Assembly: GCA_040954595.2 (NCBI GenBank)
Contig: CM082584.2
Location: 6,653,919-6,717,918, forward strand
Direction: 5' to 3'
Source: Balanoglossus misakiensis
Lineage: Eukaryota; Animalia; Hemichordata
Length of the DNA stretch: 64,000 nt
The position numbers and the translations under genes were made by a program. Position 1 is the first letter of the stretch. Each line of letters opens with the position of its first letter. Positions 27,171 to 40,077 of the stretch are shown here, in pieces. Below the pieces are notes generated by a model. It saw only the letters and a program-made list of their open reading frames with translations. It searched no databases and was not told where the DNA came from.

Positions 27171-29058
27171 ATGGCAGTGCACTCACCACAAAGTACACGT
27201 GCGGAAAGCAATTTCCCCTCTCAGAATTTCGACTTCTTTCTAGTTTTGGACTTCGAGGCAACGTGTGACAATGCTACGAAGGTCGTACCACAGGTTAGGC
27301 ACAAAACATCGGAGGATTCTTTCGTGCACTCACTTTTATCACAAATGGGGGGGGGGGATAACCGTGTATTGATGATAATACTCAATCCAAGCAAGTTTTG
27401 CATCAACAGTTTCATGAGTTGTTGTTAAACTTCTGGAATCAGAACTAATCAACTAAGCCAATAAAGTTGTAATTCTGACATATTTGGGGGGGGGGAATGG
27501 CTTGTTACATCGAAATAAGCGATTTGGGTAAACAACAATCAGTAATTTGGGTTAACAAGAACCAGTAATTATAATAGTTTTCCTTTTCTTTATTTCAAGG
27601 AAATCATCGAACTTCCAGTGTTAAAGATAAGTGGTAAAACATTTGAAACTGAAGATGTATTCCATACCTATGTGCGACCTACAGCAAATCCACAACTAAC
27701 TCCTTTCTGTACAGAGGTAATAAAACTAATCATGCATAAACCTGGGTGGAAAAGGGGCTTTAGTGATGTTTGAACATTTGTGTACCAGTATGAATAGAGC
27801 TGTAAGTGTTTCCATTTTGAAATTTCAGCTGACTGGCATCACACAAGACAAAGTAGATGGAAAACCAACACTTCAGGAGGCAATGAAGGTATAAAACATG
27901 CTCTTTTTTGCTTTTGGTTCGCAGACAGATTTTCTTGTCTGATTATTTTGTTCCTTTTTGCGTTCACATCAGTTAAACATAAACTTTAACTCGAAAATTT
28001 CAGATGTTTGACAAATGGATGGGAGATCACGGCCTTCTCGACGGTCAGCATTCGTTCGTCTTTGTTACATGTGGTGACTGGGACCTCAAGATAATGTAAG
28101 TATACCAATATCTTTGTAAGGAAAAACTCCTGCAGACTCTTGCAGTACAATTGCTGCCCTGGCCAGGCTATGACATCATCTGCATGCGTCTTATCCTACT
28201 TTTGTTTTATGCAGGTTACCAGGCCAGTGCAAACACTTTGGACTTCACCATCCGCAGTATTTTAAAACCTGGATTAACATTAAGAGGGTGAGCTCATCTA
28301 CAATTATTAAATCACTCATGAATCAGTGGGTTCCCCTTATCAGTACATAGTACTAGACAGCTTAAGTGATACCAGGGTTCCAGATCATTTAATACCATGA
28401 ACATTCAAACTTCATGAAACAGGACAAATTTCTCCAATGATCATTGAACGCCACGTTTAATTATATAACAGCCATTTTCCAACCGCTGTGGAATATCCAA
28501 AGTAGGCATGATGGGAATGCTGAGGGAGCTTAACCTAGTGCATCATGGGAGACATCATTCTGGTATAGGTAAGCAGGGAATGGGGTAAAACCTTCACGAA
28601 TCAAACTCCTTCTGTCTGTCTGTGCACTTACTTTAAGGCTTTTCAACATGTGATGGGTCGGTACCCCAAGCATGTTGGCAGGCTTAGACATCGCACATCA
28701 AGGTAGACACCACAGTGGTATAGGTAAGCACGTATGACAGAGATTTTCCATGAGTAGCACGATATTCGGTCTTCTAAAATCATGTGTTAGTTCTTACTAA
28801 TATGCTGACAGTCATTTGCAAACACCACTGCTTCAAGTCTTTGAGAAGAGTCATTGTTATACCTGCAGTTTTACACCAAAGTAATCCGATAGGATAGATT
28901 TTTCACTTTCCATGGTAACTGTGGCTAAATTTGCATGGGTTACTGACTGACTGTATACCTTTATTTTTTGTCTTTCAGACGACTGCAGGAATATCGCTAA
29001 TATACTTCGAGCACTAGCTGAGAAGGAGTGTGTCTTCCGACCTACCTACAGACTCTGA
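27171..29058 (+). CDS. ERI3: ERI1 exoribonuclease 3 (DEDDh 3'-5' exonuclease), 7 exons, ~213 aa
   Basis: Exons 27171-27293, 27600-27716, 27829-27888, 28004-28095, 28215-28287, 28472-28568, 28979-29058 (642 nt, in frame). Motifs: QNFDFFLVLDFEATCD, QEIIELPVLK, FHTYVRPTANPQLTPFCTELTGITQDKVDG, FVTCGDWDLKIMLPGQC, WINIKR, GRHHSGIDDCRNIANIL. No SAP domain, which fits ERI3 rather than ERI1. The true start could lie in an undetected upstream exon. Confidence 0.9.
28638..28723 (+). pseudogene. ERI3: Duplicated ERI3 exon 6 (exon 6b), frameshifted pseudo-exon or alternative exon
   Basis: AG acceptor at 28636-28637 and the same ATAG|GTAAGC donor as exon 6a. Encodes AFQHVMGRYPK, then after a frameshift MLAGLDIAHQGRHHSGI. 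Length is 86 nt versus 97 nt for 6a; the entry frame hits TAG at 28704-28706. Confidence 0.8.
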
Positions 29059-29607
29059 TAAAACGTGACCGCAAAGAACTATAGTTTCATCACCGTAGTG
29101 TTAACTTTGGTTCCACGATTGTGTGAACCCTTTCCTGGGTCATCTTTGCCAACTGTTTTTTGTTGTGGGACCTCAAAACACAGCTGGTAATAATACAGAG
29201 AACGGAAGATATGAAAATGTTTGCGTCACGTTTCGGTCATAGGATCCCCTGCAGTTGGCAAAGACAGCCCCCTTTTCTCATCAAGCTTCAAGTGTTTGGG
29301 AGCAGGACCACGTGAAAAAGTGCAAGTCACTATGAATCTCTGGAAAGGCGTCATGGGGAATAGATAGATAACCTTTGTCTAGAATTCTTATTTTCTACAA
29401 GATAAATCTGCAGTTTGAAGTGAAAATGGGATATATTTACATCCTCCTAGCTGGGCAATGTATCTTACAACGATGCTTGCCATATGTATACCAAACCCCC
29501 TTTCGCATCATATTTATCTGTACAATTAACGAATTCTGTTCACATCACAAGGGTCCTCTCTCAACTCTCGGCTGAAATGTCATTGGGTAAGAGGGAAGTA
29601 TTGTACA

Positions 29608-29613
29608 AATAAA
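29608..29613 (+). terminator. Candidate polyadenylation signal of ERI3
   Basis: AATAAA ~550 nt after the ERI3 stop codon. Confidence 0.5.
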
Positions 29614-29745
29614 AATTTCCTCCTACAGCATAGGTCATATTCCTGGACTTCGTTGATTTTTTCTTCTCACCAAAAATGTGAAAAATTTGACAAGCGAAAA
29701 ACACGGACATACATCATCATCCCAGAACACAAACACGCAGCATGA

Positions 29746-29937
29746 GGGATCAACCATTTGATTTGGGGGGGGGGGGTAGGTAGTGTATTTCTGGGAAAAA
29801 TTGTTGGCATATGGTGCCTGGGTAAAAAAAAAATCTATAATGCCTTGTGGGCTGGAAATCGAATAAAAATTTGCTGGCTGAAAAAAATGCCGACATACCT
29901 AAACTCTCCACCCCCTCAAAATCAAATGGTTCGTCCC
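29746..29937. mobile_element. PIF/Harbinger-like MITE
   Basis: TIRs GGGATCAACCATTTGATTT...AAATCAAATGGTTCGTCCC flanked by TGA/TAA. Same family as 6559-6758. Confidence 0.75.
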
Positions 29938-30328
29938 TAAGCTGAGGACGGTGGACAGATGTGTGTGGGTGGATGTCCAGGGGGAGTAACCGCGCACAAG
30001 TCACGGTCAGACAAAAAGAGGTCAAAGTTCGGGTGATGATGGACATAAATTTGTCGAGTGCAGCATGAAAACATTTTCATAAATGGAAACAAACAATCAA
30101 ATTTTCATGTGTTTTCCATTAATGTCACACATTGGATGGCCGGAAAATACATGTATTTTTCTGGTCTGGACCACCCAGAGTTGTTGCTTTTTGTTGGCAA
30201 AGTGGTATCATAGCCCCCCTCATTTTAGAGAGTGACATAATATTCTGTTATTCGGTATAATTTGAATGTGAAATGATGTTCTTAGTGATGTGTTTGAGGC
30301 ATTCAACTGCAGAAGCTTGTTTTCTGCT

Positions 30329-30395
30329 TGTTTTGTTGACCCGTGAATTCAAGTCCGGACTTAAATGCAGTTTTCCACAATACTGAACAATGCTT
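30329..30395. repeat. Short dispersed repeat with palindromic core AAGTCCGGACTT; related copies at ~19843-19877 and ~36831-36881
   Basis: A GAATTCAAGTCCGGACTT core is present in either orientation at all three sites (one-base insertion in the 19.8-kb copy). Confidence 0.6.
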
Positions 30396-33296
30396 GTTGC
30401 ACACAGGCGACTGTGCTGATCAGTAGGACACTGGGCATTTCATCTTGCTTGGGGGATTCGAAGCGAAAACTGCAGTTGATACACAGAAGAATATAATAAA
30501 AAAGTTACAGGTTTAATATTGAACTTTTGAAGGAAATGTAAACGGTGTGTAACTGAAATACGAGATTTTACCTGTTAATTTTCTGTGAATCTTTAAGCAA
30601 AAATTGAAAATTTGACTTAAGCCTATTGTGTGCTTTTGATGTGAGTGTCTTCGTTTTAATTTCTATGCATCTGGTTTTAAAATATCGACCAAAACGGAAC
30701 GGCATCTTCAGGTTATTTCGTGTAATAAGTATTGACAGTTTCATCGTATCATACACGTGCCCTGTCTCACCGATGCCAATACTTCTTTTGATTGCTTATT
30801 TTTGATGAAGCATATGCCTGCAAAATTCTTGAGATGTTTTTGAAGATCCGTTGGTACGTTTTATGCAATGACAATGACAGCTCGGGTTTGGATTCTGTCC
30901 AAAATTGACATGTTGTATACATCATGATAAACAAAGCCATGTTTCTCAGCCTCGCCGTCTTGTGAGCATTATTTGAAAACAGAGGCGTGAAGACGAGTGT
31001 GAACTTCGAGTTTGAACAGTCTGTCGGAGTCGCCTCCATATCAATACCAATATCACCCCCTCCCCCTCCCCCTCCCTTCTCTTTCACCCTCCACCATTCG
31101 GAAAACTCAATGAAGTCCAATGGCATTTCCCTACGAACCGGTGGTTAGAGCCCGCCCTCATAACAGACAGCCACAGTACACTTTTGTTTTTACACGCTGG
31201 GCACTTGATACCCAACGAAAGCGCATCCATATATAGTATACAAGGGACGGATAGAGAAATCTTGTGTATCGTCACGCCGGCCTGGATTCGCGTCCTGGAA
31301 TAATTCCACGTTTTTCAAAATAAACAAAGCTGACACAGATCTGGCCCTCGTTCACGCTGCCAAGACAGTAAAAGTTACGACCTGGCGTATATTCCGAAGT
31401 GGCGTATACGTAATGAATTACTTCGCGTGCTGCGTGCCTGCGCACCCGTAACTGTGCCACGCATGCTTATCCCCGAGGGCGAGTGGGCCATAATTTTACC
31501 GAATTTATGGGTGCCCACTGATAGCTATTGGCTTACGTTTACAGTTCAAGTGCCCAGCCACAATCCCTCAATCCTTTGATGCAGTGACCAGAATATTTCG
31601 TAATACATAAATTGAAAGTTTTACTATGATGTGAAATACCACGAAGACGTTTGTACCAACCTAGTGATCTACTCAAAATCGAAAATATTGTCATTTTTTC
31701 CGATTTTTATATACACTGTACGTCAATGTTTCATAAAGGTGACCATATACATTAAATAAATTTTCATTTTCAAAAAGGTAACCCCTCACACATTTCCCGT
31801 GCCATGTTCTTGACGACGCCCCCGGGGATTTAGCCTAAAGGAACAGTGCTCTTTCAGAGGTCGTCGAACGCCTCAGATTGACCCGGTCTCGAGTTCAGCT
31901 TCTGGTGAACACAGAATGTTCCAAATTAATCGAAGCTTTCGCTCACGCAGTTTAAAAACAAAACATTGTTGTGAGAACATATCCCAGTGGAAAACAATCT
32001 CTCACTCCGTTAAGAACGATGGGTGAAACCGTCGATTTAGATCTGTCTTTCGTATAGGAAATAAATTAGAATGAGAATAACGGAAAACGATCAATGTTTT
32101 AACACTTTCACTGCGTAGATAATATATGCTAATGTATTCCTGTGCGTAGTTTCCTATGGTAAATTTAACTAATAAACAATGTTTTACTTTACCATATCTA
32201 TCTCTCTTAATATGAAAGTATTTGCAATGATATTTCCAGCAAGTATATTTTATAAGACAACCAACATAATTAATGTACGTTGTCCACTACCCAGAAACCG
32301 GGAAAAGGTTGCACTATATTCCTGTTCCTTTGTGGGGTTTAGTTATTGCTGTCTCCGTACTTGTCCATTGTGAAATGGCGTTTATGACTTTTGTCTGTTT
32401 CTACTCAGTGTTCAGAGGATCTCATGGGACAGCGTGTAAAAATATTTCTGATTGTATATGCTTGCAGTTCGATGACAAAGTCATGCAGTTTCGCGATTTT
32501 CCATAAATAATTAGGGCGAGAATAACATGACGTCACTTGCACAAGATCCACCAATTGTCCATTCAGGTTTCACATGCACGGTGCGAAATTCCTAACATCA
32601 TTCCTAACGTCAATATAGGTAGAAGCACATTAGATAGACCCCACATTTTGTTATCGTGTTTTTTTTCGGAAGCCGGCCAGAATTCATAAATCGTCACAAA
32701 CAATTTTAATTGACGGATCCTTGACTGAAATTTACGATGTTTTCGTGATGCACGCCATTGTCTCGACTCGTCCCGAGGGTATCGTGTTGTGAAACACGAC
32801 CCCGCAGACTATTTAATATTTCCCCTCATGACAACGAACAATCCAAAACTTCCAGAAGAGTACGTATACCCTGTTTTTGTGGAAAGTTCATCAAGGCCGT
32901 TACCCTGCAAAAGATGTTGTTGACATCGTTAAAATATGATTTTTGAAAGTTAATCCTCCATCCAAGCCGTCGGTTTCGATGAGAGAATTGGCCGAAATAG
33001 GCCAACATCTGGCACCTTGTTGGAATATAGCCATCTCGTGGCAGTCTCCTGACATTGGCTGGAAGTTTATGACCTTGTTTGGGGCTCTTCCGTTTACCCA
33101 ATCCTATAGACTTTGCGCAGTTTACAATTTCGCTCTTCCATTCATCTGACTTAAGCGATCCCCCCTCCTGTCAATAAAGTATGCACGGTCCCTTGAAACT
33201 TCATTTGGTTATCAATGAAGAAAAGGAGAAAGAAAAACAGTTGCATCCGGCGTTGTCAAGCTGAGCAGACTACTCCGAACCCGACCACCAAACACC

Positions 33297-36200
33297 ATGC
33301 ATCGTGTCGTCCTCCTCGTCCAGATATGTGTCTACCTGTTTGTGACAGGTATTGTCACCGTGACAGGTGAGTCCCCACTGACGCTATGCAAGACGAACGA
33401 GCAGTTGCGTTTGGATGGGTGGCAGGTAATAGAAAAAAATAATTCTTCGACAGTGAGAAATGCTGACATAGAACATGAGACAGATGTTGCTAGCTCAAAA
33501 TGCCGCATTGTTCGATAACGATGCAATCGTCTTGGAAGAGTTCGGTTGACATATGTCCAACTGTAGGTGCAACTTTTCAATACTTTTAAATATTTTACAA
33601 CCACTCCGCAAATGCCAGTGCAACGCGTGCACGTGCGCACATGTGTTGTTATTTTCGTCACGTCGGCTGTATTTAATTTCGTAACCACTTTCAGTTGCCA
33701 GTAACTTAATAACGTCTATATCCATGCTGAGTCTAGAAATTGGGATTGACCCAGGACAAGAATAATAAACTGCAGTTGACATACTGAACAAAATATTGAA
33801 AAAAGGTATCTCGCGGTACAGATGATGTGATGTCCACCCAAGCTACTATGGGCCAATATAAATCTTTGGAAACTGGGAGAAGGTTTGTGCGTTTAGACCC
33901 ATCAGTCGGACACGGCATCGAGTATACATGTATGTGTGCAATACTGTTGTCTATATTTAACCGACGCTGCACATGAAAAAAATTTCATCACGCCGAACGT
34001 CTGCGGTTTTACTAGTAGTACAGAGTTACCCAAACAGGCTTGCGTTTGTTTAGGATTGGAAGCGCCGGCCAAGTATAGCGAATGTACTCGAAAAGCTCAG
34101 CAAGATTTACTTTGTTTAGTGGAAAAGTGGTACGTCACGTAAAGCGGGCAGGGGTGGCGACCATCATGACCCAGTCCACTGACAAATTCCAGTCTTGTAT
34201 ACTCCTCCAGACCAACGGGAATCCCGGAGACAATGGGAGAATCAATTTGGTCCATGATCGACGACAGACACGAGAGTCAACCAGGCACAACCTCTTTGAA
34301 AAAGGAGAGGTCATGCGCACTGGCTTAGAATAATTTCTCACGAAGATACTTTTTTAAAACAAATTCTGAATCCCTTCCTGGGTCTTCGTGCCTCTGTTTT
34401 ACGCCATTAAACTCTGGAAAAGCATATGGAATATCATCGTTTGTTTTTGTCGTCTGCGCAGAGTGGGCGACGTCTATCGCCCTGCACGTGGGAACGAGAG
34501 CAAGCTTCGGAATTAAGTTAGGGTTCATTCTGTTTCGCGGGCGGATACGACAGAAGGATGAGTATAAATCGGGGACAAAAAATGCCAAGCCGGGTAACGT
34601 TTTATCTTGAAGAACACGCAACTGTGGCGTGTGTCTGTGATTAGAATGTTTACGTCATCACTGAACGGAATTGGGGTACGATCTGAGTGTTGATGCATGA
34701 CACTCAATGTTCAACGAACTTAACAAATTCATTTCAAATAGTGTCTCCCATTTGTTTCATGGTACCAAAATTCCACGTGGCATTTATGAGTGTCTCTCCA
34801 GGCACAAGTCGTTTGTGTCATTATATTTTGAATAATTATGCATTTCAATAATTTCGTTATAAACTTTCACAACAAAACTCTCTTAGTTAGCGCGCACAGC
34901 AAAGCCCGCAGTAAACGAATGTACAGAATGGTCCTTAATAAACAACCGATTCAATTAATCATATGTGACGTTTGATCTAGTTTCGACTTGCGAGTATTAA
35001 TCAACAACATGAAGTCACACCCACTAGCAATTCTTGACGTGAGCTGCAACACGACAATTATCATGCTCATCAGCAAGACCAGAGAGCTTTGAGGATGCGA
35101 CATACAAAACAGACCATTTCAGGAATGGTGACTGACTGTTCTCATGCAATGATATGGTTGCAATCGTATCATCACATGACCGCAAAACCAGGTCACTGAT
35201 CAGCGCTATGTAGGACAACCATGACAACGTCAAAAGACTTGGCAGGGGAGCTGGTCTTTCGTGGAAGCCCTCAAATGGAATTTAAACCCACCATAACCAT
35301 GAGACCTCGCGCTTCACACGGATAAATAAAAGAATGTCGCTTGTTTGAAAGCTCAAAGAACAGCCGAAGTAGCCTAAACCATAATATTGCTTTAACGGTG
35401 GTCACCAAATGTCAAAAAATTAATGTCGAAATAAAACCCAAGAAATGGGGCATATTTTTTATTTAAAACAAATGAACGGATTATTTACTGGTATTGATTA
35501 TGTAAATACACAAATTAAAATAATGACCACTTGATTGATTCAGCGGCTCCAACTGAATGCGTAAACTTTCCAGAACTTTAACCTGATAGACACAGTACAC
35601 CCCGGCATATGGACTTTTAAGAGGGTAAATCTATATAACAAAGAAACCAACGCATCTGTACTCTTTCCCTGTGTTCCCTGTGAAACGTCATAAAGTCTGT
35701 GACGGCAGTTTGACAAATCCCAGATGACCACAATACAAGTATGAGTCTGAACAGCTGTTGATTTTGGGCTTGGAGCTACAATCATAAGTTGCTGTTATTG
35801 TATTCTAGTGTGTCGGTCTTGCCTTGTTTCTTCGATTTAATAACCCTTTCACCACAATGGTTCAGTCCAAACCCATTGTTTTCTCTGGTAAGGTTGGACC
35901 TCTAAAGATGGAACTGGGGGTGAAAGGTTTAAGGCAGGTTACTCGATCGAATAGTTTGCTTTGATTTCATAACACACCTTTACTGCAAGTTTTGAAATTT
36001 ACCATGGTCGGATTTCCATACGTATACGATTAAACATTGCAGTATAATTTAGCAAACAAATTTGTTTCAAATTCCCAGTAATGTAATGATAATGCTTGTA
36101 GGTGACAAACGCTACGAGACGTTCCTTGGATGTGAATCTTGGCACGGTTCGTTGGCGGCTTGCGCTGACAAGGGTGGCAAGCTGGCGGTGATTTCCGACC

Positions 36201-38886
36201 GACCGACCAACCAGAGGATAATCGACACTATCAGAAGTCGCGGAATCCTGCACTGGGCCTTTTGGATCAACGCCCACGATTTGGTGTCGGAGGGAATGTG
36301 GTCCACCAGCGCTGGCGACCCGTTGAGCTTCCATTATTGGGCGCCGGGCCAGCCAGACAGCGACGCGCACGGGAAGGCCAGATGCGGAGGAATCGAAAAC
36401 TGTGCGGTTATGTGGTGGGTCATTTTGCAACAATTGCTCGCTGTTTAAAGGGAAGGGGTCGTCGCGTCGCGTGGGTGTCCCCCTTGATGAGGACATGTCT
36501 TCTCATACCAGAGCAAACCCCACTGCAGTCGCCACGACCTACTAGTAAGTCGCTGTCATGCCCAGTCTATGCTACGGTTGGCTGCTTCGTTCATTCCAAG
36601 AATTATCTAATTTCAGGGATTTGTAGATGAATTGTAATGTTTATAAACAAACAAACGCGGCGTGAAGACCCCTTCACTTAAATAACAGCTGTAACTTTTT
36701 GCTTTATTTCCAGTACCTTTGTTTTGTGTATAAATTGCAATTATTGCTGTACTCGACCAAGCGGCTTGTTAATTGCTAATATACCCAGTACTCCACTTGT
36801 CATGCAACACAGCATGCAGTGTGTAACGGTCATTGTTATTGAAGTCCGGACTTGAATTCAAATTTTGCACAATAACAATGCATATATATTTTGCCTTTCT
36901 CATTCGGCAGGCCAAGGCCGCTCAACTTTAGATGGAATGATGCTCTTTGCCAGAAGAAGTTCGGTTACATTTGTGAATTCGATGACGGTGAGTGCATTTT
37001 AGTGGATTGATTATATGAGTGGGGACCCTTCGTCCCGAATGCGTCTCACGCGAAAAAAAAAGTGTGCCACCAAACGGTCATTCGAAGACCTTCAAATTTA
37101 TCTGGACATATGCAAATTAAGGGTCATTGAATACCTTGTATGGATTGTAACGCAGATGGCGGCAACCAACCAGGCATCGGCGCGTCTGCAAACGTCACGG
37201 CTCTGAACGACACAGTGATGACGACGACGAATGTTCCGGACACCCTTCAGCCATCTTTGAAAAGTCTGTCAAATAAAGTTAAGGAAGCGGTCAGACTTCA
37301 GACAAGTACCGATAAATACAACGTGAAAACAGGTAAAAATCACCGTGCTGATGGATTTAATTCCATGTATAATTAAATCTGGTGTTATGATAATACCTGT
37401 ATACACGGTCCAGTGTACGTGTGTACATGGACAATAATCTTGAAAGCAAAACAAAAACACACAGCCTATGGGCCTTTAAACTACAAAAGATTACCTTGCT
37501 ATACGCACAAATGGGAACTGATTATTTATGTTTCAGTTGGCAAGCGCTACGCCTTATACCTTGGGTGCGAAACTTGGAATGGTGCGCACGCAGCCTGCCT
37601 GGACAGAGGAGGAAGGTTGGCGACCGTCCCAGACAACGTCACCCAGGAGCGCATCGAAAGATTGATCGTTGAGCACAGCTTTGACCACGAGGTGTTCTGG
37701 TTCGACGCGCATGACCAATCGGAAGAAGGCATATGGACGACGCTGGCCGGGGACCCACTGACCTATCACAACTGGGCACGCGGGCAGCCCGATAACTATG
37801 GATATGGTAATTCCCGGTGCACCGGAATCGAAGATTGCGCAGTCATATGGTATCATTCACAAATGAACTATTTTCACACGCATCTTTTTTTTTAATTTCG
37901 TCAAAAAATGGCAACCCCTTGCGCTGACTTGTGTCCAAAGTTCCAAAAGATAGTTCAAAATACAAAAATGAAGAGTGTCCCTATTGAGATGCATTCAAAA
38001 TTCCCAAATGGTCTGACAGAATTCTGCGTGATGCATGGACACGACTTTTGTGCAAGCTGAGGGCGCTATTTGTCCTGAATATCACGTTGTTCCTGGTCAT
38101 GACCAATGGAGATAGTCGTTATGAAACAGGAATGGGCCAAGACTGTAAAAGTATTTTTTCGACTTTAATTTTAATCATGCAATTTAACCATGAAATTCTT
38201 TTCTAAGATTTATGCTTGTGACGACACAAAATCTTGAATCAAATTATGATACGCTTTGATATTACAATATTACGTGTGCCCGTCTATTAATCAGACTTCT
38301 GCTTCGTGCTGCAATTTCGAACTGTCTAATCTATCATACACCTGACATCGTATTCGCTGATTTGCATATTATTTCCCTTTCAGGACGACAGGGCAAAATT
38401 TTAAATGGAACGACGCACTTTGCAACAGACGATATGCATACATTTGTGAATATGACATTATGGGTAGGTCAAATGTACGGCTATAATTATTAGTTTCTGT
38501 CACAAAAAGAACATTTTTGAACCCAAATGGTCGCCGCCATCTTGTCGGTTGTTAGGACTGCCTAATGTACACAATTTTTGTAAGCCGAGTCTCTGGTTAG
38601 ATACATGTGCATAAGACGACCTACCGATTCCTTTGCTTCCAGAAAGTGACGTTCAGGCCATTGAACACGTACCAACAGTGCCGGTGGCGCGAACTGAGAA
38701 AGCTTCGACAAAGCCACCAATCACAGCTGCTGTTGCTCCGACCAAATACTACGTTTCGCCCACCGCGTCTCCAAGCAAGGTCGCGGAGAAAGAACTATCT
38801 GCAAAACATGCGATGATGTCACAGCCAGAACCAGCCCAGATTGGCTCGCCAGGTATTGAAATCTTTCGAGATCGAGAGAGAGAGCG

Positions 38887-38923
<37 letters not shown>

Positions 38924-39546
38924 CACAATGCAGATGTTAAGTAAATACTATTAATGGACTTCCAACTTTTTTTTCTCTTTATAGATTATATGGTGACAGC
39001 AGAATTGATTATATCAATATTCAACTTTCTTCTCCTGAGTGGCATTGTGATCTTCATCATTCTTTTCCTGTGCAGGAAAACGTAAGTACCAGATAGATCC
39101 CAATATACACCTGGCCAGGATTGAAATGGATGACATGTTTGGCAAAAGCCATAAGTGATTGAGACACCTAAAAAGTATAACTTTTCCATGCATCCCGGGG
39201 ACGCGTGTACTAAATATCAACGATGCCTGGAATAGCATTTTCTCTGTACCACAGGGAAGTACGTCCCATATTTCATTTCACATGCCTGGCAGAAGAAAGC
39301 ACACCAATTTTATCAACATGGTCTACAGAAAAACAGGCGAGATTTCTGCCGAAAGTATGAAAACGTCCGTGACATGCGCCGTGACCTTTGCCTTCTTGCA
39401 TTCTTAACAACAGTGGCCGCGACATTTATAGCACCCTCATTTTTCTGTTTCTTCTCAGGCAACGAGCCGCTGTTCTCAAAGAACCCTTCTTCCAGGATCT
39501 TGACTGCAAGGAAAGAAGCGACGATTTCAACAACACGAAAGTTTGA
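33297..39546 (+). CDS. Type-I transmembrane C-type lectin receptor A: signal peptide, two CTLDs (both QPD/WND), Ser/Thr/Pro stalk, TM, short tail; ~474 aa
   Basis: Exons 33297-33366 (signal MHRVVLLVQICVYLFVTGIVTVT), 36102-36414, 36911-36987, 37156-37332, 37537-37849, 38384-38463, 38643-38852, 38985-39081 (TM ELIISIFNFLLLSGIVIFIILFLC), 39459-39546 (tail ..KEPFFQDLDCKERSDDFNNTKV*); 1425 nt in frame. CTLD1 FWINAHD..WAPGQPD..ENCAVMW..WNDALC..GYICE; CTLD2 FWFDAHD..WARGQPD..EDCAVIW..WNDALC..AYICE. Confidence 0.88.
35844..35928. mobile_element. piggyBac-like MITE (inverted copy) in lectin A intron 1
   Basis: CCCTTTCACCACAATGGTTCAGTCCAAACCCATTGTTTTC..GGTAAGGTTGGACCTCTA..GGTGAAAGGT-TTAA. Confidence 0.8.
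38872..38920. repeat. (GA)n microsatellite in a lectin A intron
   Basis: Direct reading. Confidence 0.95.
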
Positions 39547-40077
39547 GCGGAAATCTCCATTTCAGTGCAAAAAGTACTTTTTAAATTTGCACATTGGCCT
39601 GTTCAACGTTAGAGGGCGCCGTTACGTGTAATACATCGTAATACATGTAATACAACCATTGCGAATCTCGTTGATGCCATGTCCGGTGCAATGCACGACC
39701 ATTTTTGTTCTTGTAGAGCTCATGTTTCAATTTGATATTAGCTTACATCGACATTAACTCTCAAATTTTATGATGCTGTTTTAGCTTAAGTCTTGTACAG
39801 TTTCCTGTTTCGAGTATCTAACCATGAAATGAAGTATATTGTAAAGGATTTCAGCTTGAAAATACATACATGTACTACTTGTGTTTTTAATATATCAATG
39901 CATATTGTGAAATTTTTGATTCGAAGACTCACAAAAAAGTAAAAAAAAATATGTAAAATAAATTGCTCTGACAAAGAAGTTGTCTGAATTACTTGGTTAA
40001 CGGTTGCTGTATTCATGACAGCCAGGAAAATACCTAAACTTCTGTGAAACTGTGTCGTCCTGGTTTGCCTTGTGTGA

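Noticed and set aside
39082-39085. Stop codon formed by read-through of the lectin A TM-exon donor (tail-less isoform)
   Set aside because: An automatic consequence of a phase-2 GTAA donor; no evidence of intron retention.
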